Assembly (NCBI GenBank): GCA_010909165.1
Contig: MU008154.1
Coordinates: forward strand, 248,001-312,000
Direction: 5' to 3'
Length of the DNA: 64,000 bases
Source of the DNA: Anthoceros angustus
Taxonomy: Eukaryota; Plantae; Anthocerotophyta
The notes below the pieces were generated by a model. The model searched no databases, was not told the origin of the DNA, and saw only the letters and a program-made list of their open reading frames with translations. The translations under genes were made by a program, and so were the position numbers. This document shows, in pieces, positions 60,511-64,000 of this stretch (position 1 is the stretch's first letter; each line of letters starts with the position of its first letter).

Positions 60511-63366
60511 ATGCGTCAATTACCCTACCAAGGAACGCTGTGGGTCACGACGTTTCTGCAACTTTTGGCTCTGTATGAAGTCCGACCGTGGCTTGATTTG
60601 TCGTTCGGATCTGCAGTGGTTCCATTCTGTTGCTTCTGCTTTGGAGCTTCAGCTATCATCTTCAGCTTTTTTCAGCCGGCTGGGAGACGAAGGCCCTTGA
60701 CAGCTGCTCAGCGTGGGTTGCTGCTGGTAGGAGGGGTCGTTTTGGCAGTCCAGACCATACTGAGGTATGTGGGTCTTAGATATACCGGACCTCTGCAAAC
60801 GATACTAGGGGAGTATGCCGGCGCTGTTGTGGGCAGTCTCTTTGTTCAGCCGCTGTCAAAGCGTGTCGATTGGTCTTGTAAGACCCGCGTCCTCGTTGTC
60901 TCAGGCAGCGTAGGCTACCTACTTACGCTAGGATGGACTGCAGCGTCATGCTGCCCCTTGTTTCCAAGTTTGGGCTCCAGATCCCGGGTATCTGGGTCTG
61001 GATTTGGGGAAGGAGCAGGTGGTGGAAAGGTTTGTGGCAGCCTGTATCCAGTTGTGGCAGCGGTCCTGTCAGGAATTCTCACAGCTCTCAGCAGAGCTAT
61101 TTCAGCTCAAGCTCCTCTGAAAAGTGTTTCTAGAAAACGTCAATTCTTTGTCAGCTATGCAGCTGCGGCTCTCTTCCTGCTGCCTTGGACACTACTGCTG
61201 CTCATTATCCAGCAAGAGCCAGTTGTCAGCTTCTCTATGGTATGGCCTCTGATAAGCACGGTTGCTCTGGGAATGATGCTAGCTTTTTTCGGCGACTCCT
61301 TCTCCGTTGTATCACCCACATCATTGTGGCACTATGTTCTAAGCCTCTGCTGTTTGGTTGTTCTGGAACTCCTTTTCAACATGGACTTCTCGCCACTGGG
61401 GTTTCTGCTTTGCAGTGTCTTGCTGGGTTTGGGGGTGGGAGAAATGTCCTATGCAGCAAGGGAGTTGGCACATAGTTCCGGCATGGATAACAGTGTGTCC
61501 TCATTTCTGCCACTGGCAGCTGTGGTTGTGGATGCCTTAAGGCATATCTCATCAGATTTGAAGTCCAGGAAGATTGCTATGTTTCTCTTTATAAACACGG
61601 CCTATATGATTGTTGAGTTCACTTATGGTTTTCTCAGCAATAGTTTGGGACTCATATCAGACGCCTGTCACATGCTGTTTGATTGTGCGGCGCTTGCTAT
61701 TGGCCTCTATGCAGCATACATTGCGCGACTGCCACCCAGTGCAAAGTTTAGCTATGGTTATGGAAGGTTCGAAGTGCTATCAGGCTATGCAAATGCAGTT
61801 TTTTTGGTACTTGTGGCTGCTCTAATAGTGCTTGAGTCATTTGAAAGAATTCTGGACCCTCCAGAGATTTCAACGGAGAGCTTGCTGTTTGTTTCTGTTG
61901 GTGGTTTATTTGTTAACATCGTTGGACTGATTTTTTTTCACGAAGCCCACCATCATGCCCATGGCGGATCTTGTGCACATTCTCATCCACGGGAGCCTAG
62001 CGGAAAAGCTCTTGTTCAGACTCGGGAATCCTATTATGGGAACCATGTGCATGTCAATCAAGGTAACCTGGAGCCTGTAGTCACAAAGCAACACCTGCTG
62101 GAAAAGGATGATCATGGGCATTATGACAGTACTTGGGAACACGTGCACCGTCATCACGGGTCTGAAAAAGGGCGTCCTGACCTTGGCAGTGTTGGTCACG
62201 ATGGCCATCACTTGCAAGCTGGGCCAGGCTTATTGCACAATCACTGTACTGCGTGCCATTCGGACCAGGAGCCCAGAGAGCGTTTTTTGTACAAGGAGCA
62301 AGAAGGACAACCCCTGTCAAAAATGCTGGTCACAAAGCCAGTTCCGGAAGTCCATGAACAGTTGCATCAAAGGACTGGTGATGCAGACACTGTGAAGATT
62401 TTTTCTGAGAATCAGCACTCCGATCATGGACATTGTCCTTCTTTGGACCTGATTGCAAATGGTGATCACCATGCACGGTGCAAGCATACTATGGATCACA
62501 ACCATCAACACGGCTGTTCTGTTCCGCAGACACGTCGTCATCCTGGGCACCAACAAGGTGGTGATCCTGGGAGACATAGCCATATTTCTACTGCAGGTCA
62601 ATGCTGTAATGCTGAGCTACACGAGAGCCGTGGGCACATTCAGGGTGATCACCACCACCATCACCACCAGGGAAGTGATATTGGCAGACATAGCCAACTT
62701 TTGACTACAGACCAATGCATCATTGTCCAGTCAATTTATGATCATGGGCGCCACCATGACAATCATGGCCACCACCATGATGATCATGGCCACCAACATG
62801 ATGAGCATGGCCACCATCATGATGATCACGGACACCACCATGTTGGTTGTGACCACCACAAAGACGAACATGACCATTTCAAAGGGGAAGATGACCACCA
62901 CCACGATCACCACCAGCACTCTGATTTGAATATGGAAGGCATTTTTTTACATGTCTTGGCCGACACATTAGGAAGTGTTGGTGTCGTTATATCAACTGTG
63001 TTGTTGAAGTACAAGGGTTGGGTGCTAGCCGATGCAGCGTGCTCAATTTTTATCTCGGTAATGATTGTATCCACAGTAGTCCCTCTCCTTAGAAGCTCCT
63101 CAGACATTCTAGTTTTAAGGGTACCTAGGTCTGCGGAACATCGCATTAGGACTGCAATGGAGAAGCTAAGGCACATTCCTGGCTTGCACGACTGTCAGCG
63201 GGTGCATGTTTGGAGTCTGACAGATAAGGAGGTTGTAGGCAGTCTCCATGCACATGCTGGATTTGGAGCAGACAAGTATGAGCTGCGAGGTCAGGTATCC
63301 CAGGTACTGCATGCTAGTGGGATTGGAGATATTACATTTCAAATTGAAGAGGTGGATGGACTGTAA
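60511..63366 (+). CDS. MTP12: CDF-family zinc transporter, MTP12/ZnT5-like, intronless, very long His-rich loop (start codon uncertain)
   Basis: N-terminal multi-TM extension; SRKIAMFLFINTAYM, SNSLGLISDACHMLFDC (HxxxD), YGYGRFEVLSGY, NMEGIFLHVLADTLGSVGV (HxxxD). Confidence 0.9.
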   Translation: MRQLPYQGTLWVTTFLQLLALYEVRPWLDLSFGSAVVPFCCFCFGASAIIFSFFQPAGRRRPLTAAQRGLLLVGGVVLAVQTILRYVGLRYTGPLQTILGEYAGAVVGSLFVQPLSKRVDWSCKTRVLVVSGSVGYLLTLGWTAASCCPLFPSLGSRSRVSGSGFGEGAGGGKVCGSLYPVVAAVLSGILTALSRAISAQAPLKSVSRKRQFFVSYAAAALFLLPWTLLLLIIQQEPVVSFSMVWPLISTVALGMMLAFFGDSFSVVSPTSLWHYVLSLCCLVVLELLFNMDFSPLGFLLCSVLLGLGVGEMSYAARELAHSSGMDNSVSSFLPLAAVVVDALRHISSDLKSRKIAMFLFINTAYMIVEFTYGFLSNSLGLISDACHMLFDCAALAIGLYAAYIARLPPSAKFSYGYGRFEVLSGYANAVFLVLVAALIVLESFERILDPPEISTESLLFVSVGGLFVNIVGLIFFHEAHHHAHGGSCAHSHPREPSGKALVQTRESYYGNHVHVNQGNLEPVVTKQHLLEKDDHGHYDSTWEHVHRHHGSEKGRPDLGSVGHDGHHLQAGPGLLHNHCTACHSDQEPRERFLYKEQEGQPLSKMLVTKPVPEVHEQLHQRTGDADTVKIFSENQHSDHGHCPSLDLIANGDHHARCKHTMDHNHQHGCSVPQTRRHPGHQQGGDPGRHSHISTAGQCCNAELHESRGHIQGDHHHHHHQGSDIGRHSQLLTTDQCIIVQSIYDHGRHHDNHGHHHDDHGHQHDEHGHHHDDHGHHHVGCDHHKDEHDHFKGEDDHHHDHHQHSDLNMEGIFLHVLADTLGSVGVVISTVLLKYKGWVLADAACSIFISVMIVSTVVPLLRSSSDILVLRVPRSAEHRIRTAMEKLRHIPGLHDCQRVHVWSLTDKEVVGSLHAHAGFGADKYELRGQVSQVLHASGIGDITFQIEEVDGL

Positions 63367-64000
63367 GGAGTATATATGGATTTGGGTTTCCTTACAGCAT
63401 GTTGAGCGATTCTCTAAACTTGTCATGTGCTGGTAAGTTTTGGCTTCCACTGTCAGACTTCCTGTGTCTTTTGGTATGAGTTCATCTTTCTGGAATCCTT
63501 TGCAATTACCCCCGACACCTTCCAGCTTACACACTGCCATGCATAAGACCACGTGTTGCGTTTGAAATCAGTTGCACGACATGGCTCATCTTGTATTCCT
63601 CATATACACATGGCTCCCTGAGTTGAGCAAGCTCAGATGAGATGTGCTGATACTAGAATGGATTGTTGTATGGTTGTGTAGTGGTGCAAGCAACCCGAAG
63701 TGGTGTTCAAGTGATCAACGGTGGTGCGACAGGTTTACAATGGCAAGCATGTTAACCTCATTGCTGTTCAAATCCGAACACAAATTAGAAGTAACCAAAG
63801 CTCGCTGTTTCTCAGCATTGTGGCTCCTCTGTTCAAAAAACGAGGTCATGATGTTTTCTTTAACCTCTGTTTGTATCCCAGGTTACCTCACCATCCTTCC
63901 CAGGTACTGCATGCTAGTGGTAGTTTCTTCACTCGGTGGCAACGTATTGACACCTTTGGGTCACTACTTGCTTTGCCACGTGCTCCCGAAGTAAACGTCT

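Noticed and set aside
62260-62270. TCGGACCAGG resembling the miR166 5' end
   Set aside because: Only ~10 nt match, inside a CDS, and no hairpin.

Overview
Gene-dense nuclear DNA of a non-seed land plant, most consistent with a hornwort or fern. The evidence is short ~80-150 bp GT-AG introns and a very long PLS-type PPR gene with a PGxSWW-type box. Recognisable genes, in order: SDE2-like, RabA/Rab11, SR45a/Tra2-like splicing factor, prefoldin 3, a cytochrome P450 cluster (two intact genes plus one copy split in two, apparently by an inversion), a 27-motif PPR gene with truncated DYW domain, TMEM42-like, an A1 aspartic protease, two tandem vWA-domain (ITIH-related) genes, RPL17, CGI121/TPRKB and an MTP12-like CDF zinc transporter. 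Mobile DNA includes a full-length but dead Ty1/Copia element (36017-44048, GAGGA TSD), older Copia debris and several non-autonomous TIR elements. The most striking item is a 1.4-kb insertion that interrupts the Copia reverse transcriptase exactly. It carries a frameshifted remnant of a prokaryote-type beta-class amino (N4C/N6A) DNA methyltransferase and has an 11-bp hairpin just inside its 3' end, pointing to a methyltransferase-carrying mobile element family. Bases 1-8000 and 41616-42290 contain indel-rich near-duplicates that are probably assembly artefacts. All assignments come from motif recognition by eye; no database search was run.
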